From assembly GCA_017940465.1 (NCBI GenBank), contig JAGAYN010000044.1, positions 3,662 to 67,661 of the forward strand: 64,000 nucleotides of DNA, given 5' to 3'. Made by a program: the position numbers and the translations under genes. The stretch comes from Bacteroidales bacterium. GTDB taxonomy: Bacteria > Bacteroidota > Bacteroidia > Bacteroidales > P3. This document shows, piece after piece, positions 30,423-39,561 of the stretch (position 1 is the stretch's first letter; each line of letters begins with the position of its first letter). Under the pieces are notes generated by a model that saw nothing but the letters and a program-made list of their open reading frames with translations, did not search any database and was not told the origin of the DNA.

Positions 30423-30506
30423 CGCTTACGCCTTTGATACCAAAGGCTAACGCACAAGTGCGCGAATTATTGTGCGGGGGCGAAAATATTCTGCCGGGGG
30501 GATGCA

Positions 30507-30622
30507 CCGCGACTGGTCCGGATCGGTCCCGCCACCCGGACCGGCTCCCCACAGACCAACTCCGAGACAACTCCGTATCAACTCCGAGTCAACTCCGAGT
30601 CGACACCGACCCCCCTCCGGAG
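30507..30622 (-). repeat. 11-nt tandem-repeat intergenic element, CGGAGTTGA subfamily, copy 1 (inverted relative to 39424-39556)
   Basis: Units CCAACTCCGAG, ACAACTCCGTA, TCAACTCCGAG, TCAACTCCGAG, TCGACACCGAC (30556-30610). Flanked by CCGCGACTGGTCCGG and CCTCCGG. Confidence 0.8.
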
Positions 30623-30650
30623 CCTGCCCGCGGCGGTGTGGAAAAAAATA

Positions 30651-30682
30651 TTTGGCCGGACCGTTTTTTTTTCGTAACTTTG
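30651..30682 (+). promoter_or_regulatory. Promoter of the glycogen-synthase-like gene (TTTG-N20-TAACTTTG)
   Basis: -33 TTTG at 30651-30654 and -7 TAACTTTG at 30675-30682. The ATG is at 30711. Confidence 0.6.
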
Positions 30683-30710
30683 CACATTATACACACTATA
30701 CCACCAGAAT

Positions 30711-31538
30711 ATGGCGAAAGGGAGAATACTGTTTGTAAACCAAGAAATTATGCCGTTCTCGGCAGAGAACAGCCGCAGCCAGATGGGCCGCTACCTGCCT
30801 GCCAAAATGCAGGAAATGGGTCGCGAAATCAGGGTGTTCATGCCGAAGTTCTGTACCCTCAACGAGCGTAAATACCAACTCCACGAGGTCATCCGCCTCT
30901 CGGGGATGAACCTCATCGTGAACAACTGCGACCACCAGCTCATCATCAAGGTCGGCTCCATCCCCACGGCACGCATGCAGGTCTACTTCATCGACAACGA
31001 AGAGTACGTCATCGACGGCGACAGCATGCTCAACGCCAAAGGAGGCCTGCTGCCCGACATGGACGAGCGCCTCCTCTTCTTCGGCCGCGGCGTGCTGGAG
31101 GCCGTGCGCAAGCTGGCCTGGCAGCCGCATCTAATCAACTTCAGCGGCTGGCTCACCGCCATGATCCCCTTCTACCTGCGCCGCATCAACAAGGAGAACG
31201 CCTTCTTCACCGGCACCAAGATGGTCATCACCCTCACCGACGACCCCTTCAAGGGCAGCATCGGCGGCGACCTGGAGCGCAAGATGAAGACCGACAACGC
31301 CACCGCCAAGGACCTCCGCCTCTACGGACAGACCGACTACCTCGGCCTCATGAAGGCCGCCATCACCTACTCCCACGGCATCGTCATCGGCTCGCCCAAC
31401 GTGCACCCCGAACTCGTGGCCTACGCCAAAGAGAACAAACGCAACGTCCTCGACTATATCGACGACCGCGATGAGTTCTACTCCCGCATCAACAAACTGT
31501 ACGACACCGTCGTCGGAACCTCCAAATTCGAGAACTAA
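30711..31538 (+). CDS. Short glycogen/starch synthase-like protein (N-terminal catalytic-domain form)
   Basis: 275 aa. ILFVNQEIMPF and GRYLPAKMQEMGREIRVFMPKF resemble the starch synthase catalytic domain. Confidence 0.7.
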   Translation: MAKGRILFVNQEIMPFSAENSRSQMGRYLPAKMQEMGREIRVFMPKFCTLNERKYQLHEVIRLSGMNLIVNNCDHQLIIKVGSIPTARMQVYFIDNEEYVIDGDSMLNAKGGLLPDMDERLLFFGRGVLEAVRKLAWQPHLINFSGWLTAMIPFYLRRINKENAFFTGTKMVITLTDDPFKGSIGGDLERKMKTDNATAKDLRLYGQTDYLGLMKAAITYSHGIVIGSPNVHPELVAYAKENKRNVLDYIDDRDEFYSRINKLYDTVVGTSKFEN

Positions 31539-31544
31539 CCTGCC

Positions 31545-32789
31545 ATGAGACACCTCCGCACCACCCTCGCGGCCCTGCTGCTGGCCGCCCTCTTTGCCGC
31601 CTGCGAAGAGAAAGAGACCGCCGTGGGCATCGACCTCGTCGACCCGGACACCTTCTACCGCGGCACCACCCACACCCTCTACCCCGACGCAGCTTTCAGC
31701 AAAGTCGAGGACACCCTCCGCACCGACATCACCAGCGAGGGCATCCTGGGCAACCTGACCGACCCCGTCTACGGCCGCACCTCCGCCATCCTCTACACCC
31801 AGATCGCCCTCCCCTCCAACGCAGCCTCCATCGACTTCAACGAGGCACAGGTCGACTCGGTGGTCCTCTCCCTCACCAAAAAGAACCTCTTCCCCGACAC
31901 CGCCGCCACCTACCACCTGCGCCTTGAGGTACGCCTGCTGGACGAAGCCGTCGAGACCGACAGCGTCTACTACAGCACCAGCCAGCTCGCCGTCTCCGCC
32001 GACGCACCCCTCTTCGACCAATACATCGATGTGAGCTACACCGACACCGTGGTCCACCTCACCCTCGACAACCACATCAAGGACGTGCTCCGCACCAGCG
32101 CCACATCCAGCGAGTTCGTGCAGCACACCAAAGGGCTGCGCATCCGCGTCTCCGACGGCGAAGGGATGATGTCCATCGACTTCTCCGACGTGCGCACCTG
32201 CCTCACCGCCTACTACCACAACATCGCCTCCGGCGACACCCTCCGCAACCACTACACCTTCCTCATCGGCTACGGTGCCAAGCACTTCATGCAGTTCACC
32301 CACGACTACAGCGGCACCCCCCTGGCCGCGGGCGGCAACATCGACGGCACCGGACGCCTCTACCTCGAAGCCCTCGGCGGCCATGCCGTGCACCTCTCCT
32401 TCGACACCGCCATCCGCGCCTTCGCCGGGCAGCACCCCCGCGCCGTCATCCACTACGCCGAACTCCTACTCCCCCTCGCCCCCGAGGCCAGCACGTTCAC
32501 CCCTGGAGTGGTGATGGCCATGACCCAAGGCAGCAACAGCCCCTGGGTGGGCATCGCCGACCTCGCGGAGACCATCACCATCCGCGGCTACGACGGCACC
32601 TACGACCCCGACCTCAACCGCTTCCGCATCCGCCTGCCACGCCACGTGCAGCAGATGCACCGCCAAGGCAACGACCCGGGCATGCTGCTCGTGCTCGACG
32701 CACGCCGCAGCTCCGCCTACAACACCGTCTTCAACGGCATCGCCGACACCGCCACGGCACCCAAGATCGTATTCGTATACTCCGAATAA
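31545..32789 (+). CDS. Lipoprotein, probably DUF4270 family
   Basis: Lipobox LLAALFAAC. Its position right after the short glycogen-synthase-like gene matches what I recall for DUF4270. Family call is from memory only. Confidence 0.5.
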   Translation: MRHLRTTLAALLLAALFAACEEKETAVGIDLVDPDTFYRGTTHTLYPDAAFSKVEDTLRTDITSEGILGNLTDPVYGRTSAILYTQIALPSNAASIDFNEAQVDSVVLSLTKKNLFPDTAATYHLRLEVRLLDEAVETDSVYYSTSQLAVSADAPLFDQYIDVSYTDTVVHLTLDNHIKDVLRTSATSSEFVQHTKGLRIRVSDGEGMMSIDFSDVRTCLTAYYHNIASGDTLRNHYTFLIGYGAKHFMQFTHDYSGTPLAAGGNIDGTGRLYLEALGGHAVHLSFDTAIRAFAGQHPRAVIHYAELLLPLAPEASTFTPGVVMAMTQGSNSPWVGIADLAETITIRGYDGTYDPDLNRFRIRLPRHVQQMHRQGNDPGMLLVLDARRSSAYNTVFNGIADTATAPKIVFVYSE

Positions 32790-32800
32790 TACCCCCAGCC

Positions 32801-33946
32801 ATGAACACCAAGCACCTCGCCCTCGCCCTGGCCGCGCTGCTCATCCCCACCGGCCTCCAGGCACAGAAACTCTACCAAAAGAAGCACCAGAACAGCAACC
32901 AGACCTCGGTGGAAGGCCCCATGGACGACCAGGGACGCCGCACCGGCAACTGGACCTGGTGGTACCCCTCGGGCGCCGTCTCGCAGCAAGGCTCCTACCT
33001 CCGCGGCGAGAAAACCGGCCTCTGGACCACCTTCTACCAGGACGGCAGCCGCATGTCCGAAGAAACCTTCGGCGACGGCTTCAACCGCACCTGGCACCAG
33101 AACGGAGACCTCCGCAGCGAAGTGCCCGTCGCCAACGGCAAACCCAACGGCCTCTACCGCTCCTGGCACCCCAACGGGCAGAAGGAAGAGGAGACCACCT
33201 ACGCCGACGGCAGCCGCGAAGGCGCCACCACACAGTGGCACCCCAACGGCAAGGTGCGCTTCCAGGGCCAGTACAAGAACGACGAGCTCCAGGGCCCGGC
33301 CACATGGTACTTCGCCAACGGCAAGGTGGACATGAAGGGCAACCTCGTCGACGGCCTGCAGGAAGGCGAATGGAACTTCTACTGGAACTCCACCGGGAAA
33401 CTGGGCACCAAGGGACAATACACGAAAGGGAAAGAGAGCGGCCAGTGGATATACTACTACGAGACCGGCGAACAATGGCGCACCGGCTCCTACGTGGCCG
33501 GCCAGCGCGAGGGCCTCTGGACCACATGGTACGAAAGCGGCCGCAAACTGCACGAGGGACAATACCTCAACGGCAAGGAGAACGGCAAGTGGACCTCCTG
33601 GTACGAGGACGGCAAGGTGGACTACTACGGCGAGTTCCGCAACGGGATGAAAGAGGGCGAGTGGCGAGGCCTCTACGACGACGGCACCACACGCTACGTC
33701 ATCCACTACACCAACGACGTGAAGGACGGCGAGGAGGTGCGCTACTACCCCAACGGCAAGGTCGAACTCCGCCAGCATTTCACCCAGGGCACCCTCAACG
33801 GCAAGTACGAGCGCTACAGCGAATCGGGCGCGCCCGTCGAGAAGGGCGAGTTCACCATGGGCGAGAAAGAGGGCCGCTGGGTGTGGTACGACAACGGACG
33901 TGAAGCATACAAAGCCCGCTTCAAGGACGGGCAAGAGGTGAAATGA
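32801..33946 (+). CDS. MORN-repeat variant (YwqK-like) protein
   Basis: Signal peptide followed by about a dozen G.W..WY..G..........G units. Confidence 0.75.
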   Translation: MNTKHLALALAALLIPTGLQAQKLYQKKHQNSNQTSVEGPMDDQGRRTGNWTWWYPSGAVSQQGSYLRGEKTGLWTTFYQDGSRMSEETFGDGFNRTWHQNGDLRSEVPVANGKPNGLYRSWHPNGQKEEETTYADGSREGATTQWHPNGKVRFQGQYKNDELQGPATWYFANGKVDMKGNLVDGLQEGEWNFYWNSTGKLGTKGQYTKGKESGQWIYYYETGEQWRTGSYVAGQREGLWTTWYESGRKLHEGQYLNGKENGKWTSWYEDGKVDYYGEFRNGMKEGEWRGLYDDGTTRYVIHYTNDVKDGEEVRYYPNGKVELRQHFTQGTLNGKYERYSESGAPVEKGEFTMGEKEGRWVWYDNGREAYKARFKDGQEVK

Positions 33947-34506
33947 GACTGCTCCTGGCCTCGCAATCGCCCCGCCGCCGCCAGCTGCTGGACGCGCTGG
34001 GATTCCCCGTGGAGTTCATCTCTCCCGACGTGAAGGAGGAGGTTCCCTCCGACCTGCCGGCCTGCCAGGCGGCGGAATACCTCGCCCGACTCAAGGCCGA
34101 AGCCTGCCCCACCGACCATATCGCACCGGACCAGGTGCTCATCGCCGCCGACACGGTGGTGGTGTTGCACGGCCACGCCCTCGGCAAGCCCCGCGACCGG
34201 CACGAGGCCGTCGCCATGCTCAAGGCGCTCTCCGGCCAGCCACACTCCGTATTCACCGGCGTATGCCTCCGCACCCCCACGCTCACTCACTCCTTCTCGG
34301 AAGAGACCATCGTCCACTTCGCCCCCCTTTCCGACGCCGACATCGCCCACTATGTGGACACCTACCGCCCCTTCGACAAGGCGGGGGCTTACGGCATACA
34401 GGAATGGATCGGCATGGTGGGCATCACCCGCATCGAGGGATGCTACTACAACGTCATGGGTCTCCCCGTGGCGCGGCTCTACTGTGAACTTCAACTCCTC
34501 GGCTGA
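33943..34506 (+). CDS. maf: Maf-like nucleoside triphosphate pyrophosphatase
   Basis: MRLLLASQSPRRRQLL signature and AGAYGIQE motif. Confidence 0.9.
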   Translation: MRLLLASQSPRRRQLLDALGFPVEFISPDVKEEVPSDLPACQAAEYLARLKAEACPTDHIAPDQVLIAADTVVVLHGHALGKPRDRHEAVAMLKALSGQPHSVFTGVCLRTPTLTHSFSEETIVHFAPLSDADIAHYVDTYRPFDKAGAYGIQEWIGMVGITRIEGCYYNVMGLPVARLYCELQLLG

Positions 34507-36386
34507 AGGCGGAGGAACATCTGCCTGTCAAGCTGCAATTCCCCGCTGTCGAGCATAGCCCGCAGCGCGTCGGAGCAGGCGGTGAATCCCCTTGTAGACA
34601 AGGCTTCGCGCAGGTCGGCCACGCTCATGGGCGCCACCTGCAGCAGTTCCCGCACCGCATCTTCCACCCTACCCTCCGTATCAGCCTTGCCAAGACACAC
34701 GTCGCACTGGCCGCACTCCCCCACCACGGCCTCGCCGAAGTAGGTCACCAGCTGCTGGCTGCGGCACTGACGGGCGTTACCCACATAGGCCTCCATGGCC
34801 TCCAGGCGCGCCAGCGCTGCCTCCTTCACGCGGCCGTAGCGCTCCTCGCCGGGGTATATCTGGCGCTCGTCGACGCGTTCGGTCAGGAAGTAGATCTGTG
34901 GCTTGCGGGGGCGCGGGCTGTATTCCACCACCTTCATCTCGTGCATGCGGCGCAGGTGTGTCGCCACCTCGGCGGCGGTGCATCCGCATCGGGCGCCCAA
35001 TTTGCCCTCGTCGATGCGCACAGGCATGGAGGAGAGGCCCGGATAGAGGCGCATGGCGGCCAGCAGCACCTCGCCCAGCATCAGGTGCTCTACCCGGAAC
35101 CGGTAGAGCTCCGCGCGGGAGGCGGGAGCATAGAGGGTGGCGAACGCCTCCTCATGGCCTGGCAGTGCGATGAGCCCTTCGCGCTCCAGGAAGCGGCAGG
35201 CGCTGAAGACCAGGCGGGGGTCCATGCCGTAGTGGCTGCAGACCTCCTCGAGGTCGAAGTCGAAATGCGTGTCGGCGCCGCTGCCGATGGGGAGGCGGTA
35301 GTGGTTGCAGAGGGCGCGGTAGACGTTGCGCAGCTGTGCCACGGAGGGGTAATCGTCGGCGAAACGGCGGCGTAGCTGCCGCAGGTCGGCGGGGTCGTAG
35401 AGGAGGGCGGCGAGGGCTGGCTTGCCGTCACGGCCGGCGCGTCCGGCCTCCTGGAAGTAGGCTTCCAGCGAGTCCGGCAGGTCCATGTGCACCACCAGGC
35501 GCACGTCGGGTTTGTCGATGCCCATGCCGAAGGCGTTGGTGGCCACCATGCAGAGGGCGCGTCCCTCCATCCATGCCAGCTGGCGGCTGTCGCGTTCGCG
35601 GGCGTCGAGTCCTGCGTGGTAGCAGGTGGCCTTCACGCCGTGCTGCTCCAGCAGGCGGGCCACCTCCTGGGTCCGCCGGCGGCTGCGGGTGTAGACGATG
35701 CTGCTCCCTCCGGCTTCGGCCACCAGCCGCGCCAGCCGCGCCACCTTGTCGCCGCCCTGCATCACGCGGTAGGCCAGGTTGGAGCGCACGAAGCTGCTGC
35801 GGAACACTTGGCAGTTGCGCATGAGGAGGCGCTGGCGTATGTCGTCCACCACGGCGGGGGTGGCGGTGGCGGTGAGGGCGATGAGTGGGGCGGCGGGGTG
35901 GTATTGGCGTATGGCGGCCACGTCGAGGTATGGGGGGCGGAAGTCATAGCCCCACTGCGAGACGCAGTGCGCCTCGTCCACGGCCAGCATTCCCACCTGC
36001 ATCTTCCGGAAGTATTCTATGAACATGCGCTGCTTCAGGCGCTCGGGGGAGACATAGAGCAGCTTGAGGGTGCCGCAGAGGGCGTTGCCCAGCACGTCGG
36101 CCATCTCCTGGCGGTTCATGCCTGCGACGAGGCAGGCGGCCTTGATGCGGCGGTCGTTGAGTTGCTGCACCTGGTCCTTCATCAGGGCGATGAGGGGCGA
36201 CACCACGAGGCACACCCCCGGGCGGAGCAGGGCGGGGAGCTGGTAGCAGAGCGACTTGCCCCCACCAGTAGGGAGCAGGGCCAGTGTGTCCTGGCCCTGC
36301 TCCACAGCTTTGATTATCTCTTCCTGCAGGGGTCTGAAGGCTTGGTAGCCCCAGTGCTTCTGCAGCAGTGCGTGTCGTCTGTCCAT
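34491..36386 (-). CDS. recQ: RecQ family ATP-dependent DNA helicase
   Basis: The ATG at 36386 gives MDRRHALLQKHWGYQAFRPLQEEII. Motifs PTGGGKSLCYQLPAL, DEAH box (VDEAHCVSQWGYDFRP) and CGQCDVC. Confidence 0.9.
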   Translation of the reverse strand: MDRRHALLQKHWGYQAFRPLQEEIIKAVEQGQDTLALLPTGGGKSLCYQLPALLRPGVCLVVSPLIALMKDQVQQLNDRRIKAACLVAGMNRQEMADVLGNALCGTLKLLYVSPERLKQRMFIEYFRKMQVGMLAVDEAHCVSQWGYDFRPPYLDVAAIRQYHPAAPLIALTATATPAVVDDIRQRLLMRNCQVFRSSFVRSNLAYRVMQGGDKVARLARLVAEAGGSSIVYTRSRRRTQEVARLLEQHGVKATCYHAGLDARERDSRQLAWMEGRALCMVATNAFGMGIDKPDVRLVVHMDLPDSLEAYFQEAGRAGRDGKPALAALLYDPADLRQLRRRFADDYPSVAQLRNVYRALCNHYRLPIGSGADTHFDFDLEEVCSHYGMDPRLVFSACRFLEREGLIALPGHEEAFATLYAPASRAELYRFRVEHLMLGEVLLAAMRLYPGLSSMPVRIDEGKLGARCGCTAAEVATHLRRMHEMKVVEYSPRPRKPQIYFLTERVDERQIYPGEERYGRVKEAALARLEAMEAYVGNARQCRSQQLVTYFGEAVVGECGQCDVCLGKADTEGRVEDAVRELLQVAPMSVADLREALSTRGFTACSDALRAMLDSGELQLDRQMFLRLQPRS

Positions 36387-36391
36387 CGGCG

Positions 36392-39337
36392 TCAGCGCAG
36401 GAGGGTAACCGTCCCCTGGTGCTGGCTGAGGCTGCTGCTGGAGGGTTTGCGGTAGCGGCAGGTGTAGACGTAGGTGCCCTGGGGGAGGTTCTCGCCGTTG
36501 TGGGTGCCGTCCCAGGTGAAGCTCTGGTCGTCGCTCTCGTACACCAGCTCGCCCCGGCGGTTGTAGATGTAGATGTGGAAGTATTCGTAGGCGTTCACGG
36601 AGTACATCTTGAAGAGCGCGTTGCCGTCGCGGCTGTCGGGGGTGAAGACGTTGGGGAACCATGCCGTGAAGAGGGCGACGGGGATGCCGAAGTGGTGGAC
36701 GATGGGGCAGCCGAGTTCGTTGTAGGAGGTGAGGACCACGTGGGCGGAGTCGCGCCCGATGACGCCCTCGAAGGCGTGGGTCACTTCCTTGCCGGTGGAC
36801 ATGACGCCGTCCTCGAACTCCCATTCGGAGAGGTAGCTTCCGTTGCCGGCGTCGCGCATGGTGATGCGGGGGTCGTCAGAGTCGATGTAGGCGGGGGTGT
36901 AGTCCACGCTGGGGACGACGAGGGGGACGACGGTGACGGTCTTCTTGAGCGGCGTGGCGTCGCAGTCGTTGGCGCCGTGGCCCACCATGGTGTAGACGGT
37001 GGTCCGGGTGGGAGAGACGGCGATGCGGTCCTGCGTCTCCTGTCCGGCGAGGGAGGGGTCGGCGGGCGAGGCGGTCCAGGTGTAGTGGTCGGCGGCGGTG
37101 CCGGTGAGTTCAGCCACCTGGCCCGGGCAGATGCGTCCGTCCTCGGGTGTCATGGTGAGTTCAGGGGTCACCAACTGCACCACGATGCTGTCCCATGCCA
37201 CGCAGCCTTGCGGGCTGGTCACCTTGACATAGTAGGTCTCGTATTCGCTCTGGGGGACCACCTGCAGTTTCTGGCCGGCGGGCAGGCCGCCTTCCACCAC
37301 GCCGAGGCGGCGCGACCATTCATAGGTGCAGTTGGCCACACCCTTGGCCCTCACCTCCACGTCGGTGCGGCTGCCCTCGCAGACGATCTGTTCGCCCGTG
37401 ACGTCCAGTTCGGGGTGGAGGAAGACCGACACGGTGTCGGTCACCGTGGTGCTGCACCACATGGTGTCGGTGCCGTCCATCCAGTACATGCCGTTGTAGA
37501 CGGTGAGGCGGATGGGTTCCACGGAGTGGGTGAAGGAGCGGTTGATGGATTTGTTCTCGGTGCCTTCGCCGGTGATGACGAAGGAGAGGGTGGTGTCGCC
37601 GTTGGGGGCGGCGGGGTCGAGCAGTTCCCAGCGGCGGCTGGTGCCGGCTCTGCAGGTGTCGGTGATTTGGGTGGAGGCTTCGTCGCAGAGCACGCGGTCA
37701 GAGATGGTCATGCCCTTGGTGGCGGGGTTGACGCGGGGCTGGATGGGGAAGAGCTGGTCGGTGTAGCATTGGGCGGTGTCGGCCGGCGTAACCGTCTTCC
37801 ACACGCGCACCAGGAGGCTCTTGGGGTCGGCGTCGGTGAAGGAGGTCATCACCGTGTCGCCCGTGTGGCTGAAGGCGGGGTTGCCGAGGCCGGTGGCGTT
37901 GTTGTAGAACTTCCATTCGGTGCGGCTGTTGTCCACCGAGGCGCTGGTGCCCACGCCGGGCACGAGGCTGTGGTCCCAGAGACGCACCGAGCCGTCGCAC
38001 ATCAGCAGCGAGTCCACCTGGATGGCGGGCTTGGTGTTCTCCACGTTCACGTAGAGGCGTGTCTTGAAGGGCTTGGCGGGGTCGATGGCGGACTTCATCT
38101 CGCAGCAGATGGTCTGCCGGGCGCTCATGTAGTTGCAGGGCACGGTCTGCCCGGCGGCGTTGCGCTCGCGCGTCACCTGGAAGTCGGCGGCCTGCAGTTT
38201 ATAGATGTGGCCGCTGTCGGCCTCGGTGCGTTCGGTGGTGAGGGGGCGGAAGGTGTAGTGGGACGTCGACTGGGGGTCCGAGGGGTCGAGGTTGAGGTAG
38301 GCGATGGGACTCTCGCCCCATTCCGAGGCGTACCACTGGTAGCCCAGCAGGCCGCGGGGAGCGGTGAGGGTGGTCACGTCGGTGGTGGCACCCGAGGGGC
38401 AGCCGGACTGCTGGATCTCCATCGGACGGCACTCGCCCGCGATGTAGGCGTAGCCAAAGTGGCCGGACCATTCGCAGTCGCCCATCATCACTTCGATGCG
38501 CACCTGCTCGGAGATGTATTTCGAGAGGTTGATGGAGACCTTGGCCCAGTCCTTGTATATGATGTCATTGCTACTTCCGTAGTGCCATCCGTTCTCGTTG
38601 TAGTCGCTGAGAATCTGTGCAGTACCACCGTTGCTGGTGGAGGTGGAGGTGACATAGTAGGCCAGCCAGCCCTCATTCTCGCTGTAGATCTGCTGCCAGT
38701 TTCCGGAAGCGTTCTTCTTCATCACGCGGACAACCACCGTAGGATCGTATTTTTTTCCGTGTCCAGTGCCACTCGGAGCCTCCACAACGGCGGCATAGTA
38801 GAGGTAGAGCATGGCATTGTCTGCCGTGACCGGCATGGTGTAGTACAACGCTGCCGCCTGGGCACCGGTTTTCCCGTCGCCGATGCGGATGCTGGAGGTG
38901 ATATTGGTCGGCACGTCGTTGGTGCCGGTGCTGACGGTGTTGAAGTGCGTGGGCACTATCTTCAGGCGCGTCCCGCCGGCGTTGGGGTCGTACTGCACGG
39001 CATCGGTAGTCTTGTTGACCCGGAATTGCTTGTCGTTGTCCGGCAGGCCGGCATTGCCATAGCCGCTGTTTGCAGTGACATTGGCCAGCTGGTTACCGCT
39101 ATACATGGTATTATTAAACGTCATTGCTGTGTATGCAGTCAGTACATCAGGCTCACCCTCGTCCTTCTTCCCACTCTGTCCGCTCCACGTGTACATCGCA
39201 TTACCCGTGTTGAAGTTGGCCGGGTTGCTCCAGCCCGGGCAGGCTGTGGATTGGCTCCAGGTGCTGTTCTGGCTCCAGGCAGGCACCGCCGCCGCCAGCA
39301 GCAACGCCATCATTGTCAGTCTCGTTTTCATAACCAT
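36392..39337 (-). CDS. Large secreted adhesin-like protein with T9SS type-B (gliding motility-associated) C-terminal domain
   Basis: Start MVMKTRLTMMALLLAAAVPAWSQ. Ig-like repeat body. C-terminus FPNVFTPDSRDGNALF...YIYNRRGELVYES...FTWDGTHNGENLPQGTYVY. Confidence 0.85.
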   Translation of the reverse strand: MVMKTRLTMMALLLAAAVPAWSQNSTWSQSTACPGWSNPANFNTGNAMYTWSGQSGKKDEGEPDVLTAYTAMTFNNTMYSGNQLANVTANSGYGNAGLPDNDKQFRVNKTTDAVQYDPNAGGTRLKIVPTHFNTVSTGTNDVPTNITSSIRIGDGKTGAQAAALYYTMPVTADNAMLYLYYAAVVEAPSGTGHGKKYDPTVVVRVMKKNASGNWQQIYSENEGWLAYYVTSTSTSNGGTAQILSDYNENGWHYGSSNDIIYKDWAKVSINLSKYISEQVRIEVMMGDCEWSGHFGYAYIAGECRPMEIQQSGCPSGATTDVTTLTAPRGLLGYQWYASEWGESPIAYLNLDPSDPQSTSHYTFRPLTTERTEADSGHIYKLQAADFQVTRERNAAGQTVPCNYMSARQTICCEMKSAIDPAKPFKTRLYVNVENTKPAIQVDSLLMCDGSVRLWDHSLVPGVGTSASVDNSRTEWKFYNNATGLGNPAFSHTGDTVMTSFTDADPKSLLVRVWKTVTPADTAQCYTDQLFPIQPRVNPATKGMTISDRVLCDEASTQITDTCRAGTSRRWELLDPAAPNGDTTLSFVITGEGTENKSINRSFTHSVEPIRLTVYNGMYWMDGTDTMWCSTTVTDTVSVFLHPELDVTGEQIVCEGSRTDVEVRAKGVANCTYEWSRRLGVVEGGLPAGQKLQVVPQSEYETYYVKVTSPQGCVAWDSIVVQLVTPELTMTPEDGRICPGQVAELTGTAADHYTWTASPADPSLAGQETQDRIAVSPTRTTVYTMVGHGANDCDATPLKKTVTVVPLVVPSVDYTPAYIDSDDPRITMRDAGNGSYLSEWEFEDGVMSTGKEVTHAFEGVIGRDSAHVVLTSYNELGCPIVHHFGIPVALFTAWFPNVFTPDSRDGNALFKMYSVNAYEYFHIYIYNRRGELVYESDDQSFTWDGTHNGENLPQGTYVYTCRYRKPSSSSLSQHQGTVTLLR

Positions 39338-39423
39338 ATCTTGTTTTGTTTGTTCTTGTTCTACACTTATAGACACCCTTTCCGCCGTTTTGATGCATCG
39401 CCCCGCAACTTTTTTTCCGCCCC

Positions 39424-39556
39424 CCGCCGGAGGAGGGTCGGAGTTGACTCGGAGTTGATACGGAGTTGTCTCGGAGTTGACTCGGAGTTGGTCCCCGGCA
39501 CGCATGTCCGGCTTCCGGAACCCGCCCGGAGCAGCCCCGGACCAATCGCGGAACGC
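39424..39556 (+). repeat. 11-nt tandem-repeat intergenic element, CGGAGTTGA subfamily, copy 2
   Basis: Units GTCGGAGTTGA, CTCGGAGTTGA, TACGGAGTTGT, CTCGGAGTTGA, CTCGGAGTTGG (39437-39491). Flanked by CCGGAGG and CCCCGGACCAATCGCGG. Confidence 0.8.
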
Positions 39557-39561
39557 CCTGC

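Noticed and set aside
30556-30610. Tandem 11-nt units (also at 39437-39491, 14055-14098, 51207-51239), considered as a possible CRISPR or mini-array.
   Set aside because: The units are only 11 nt long and directly abutting, with no spacers. No cas genes are present, and the arrays hold at most five units.
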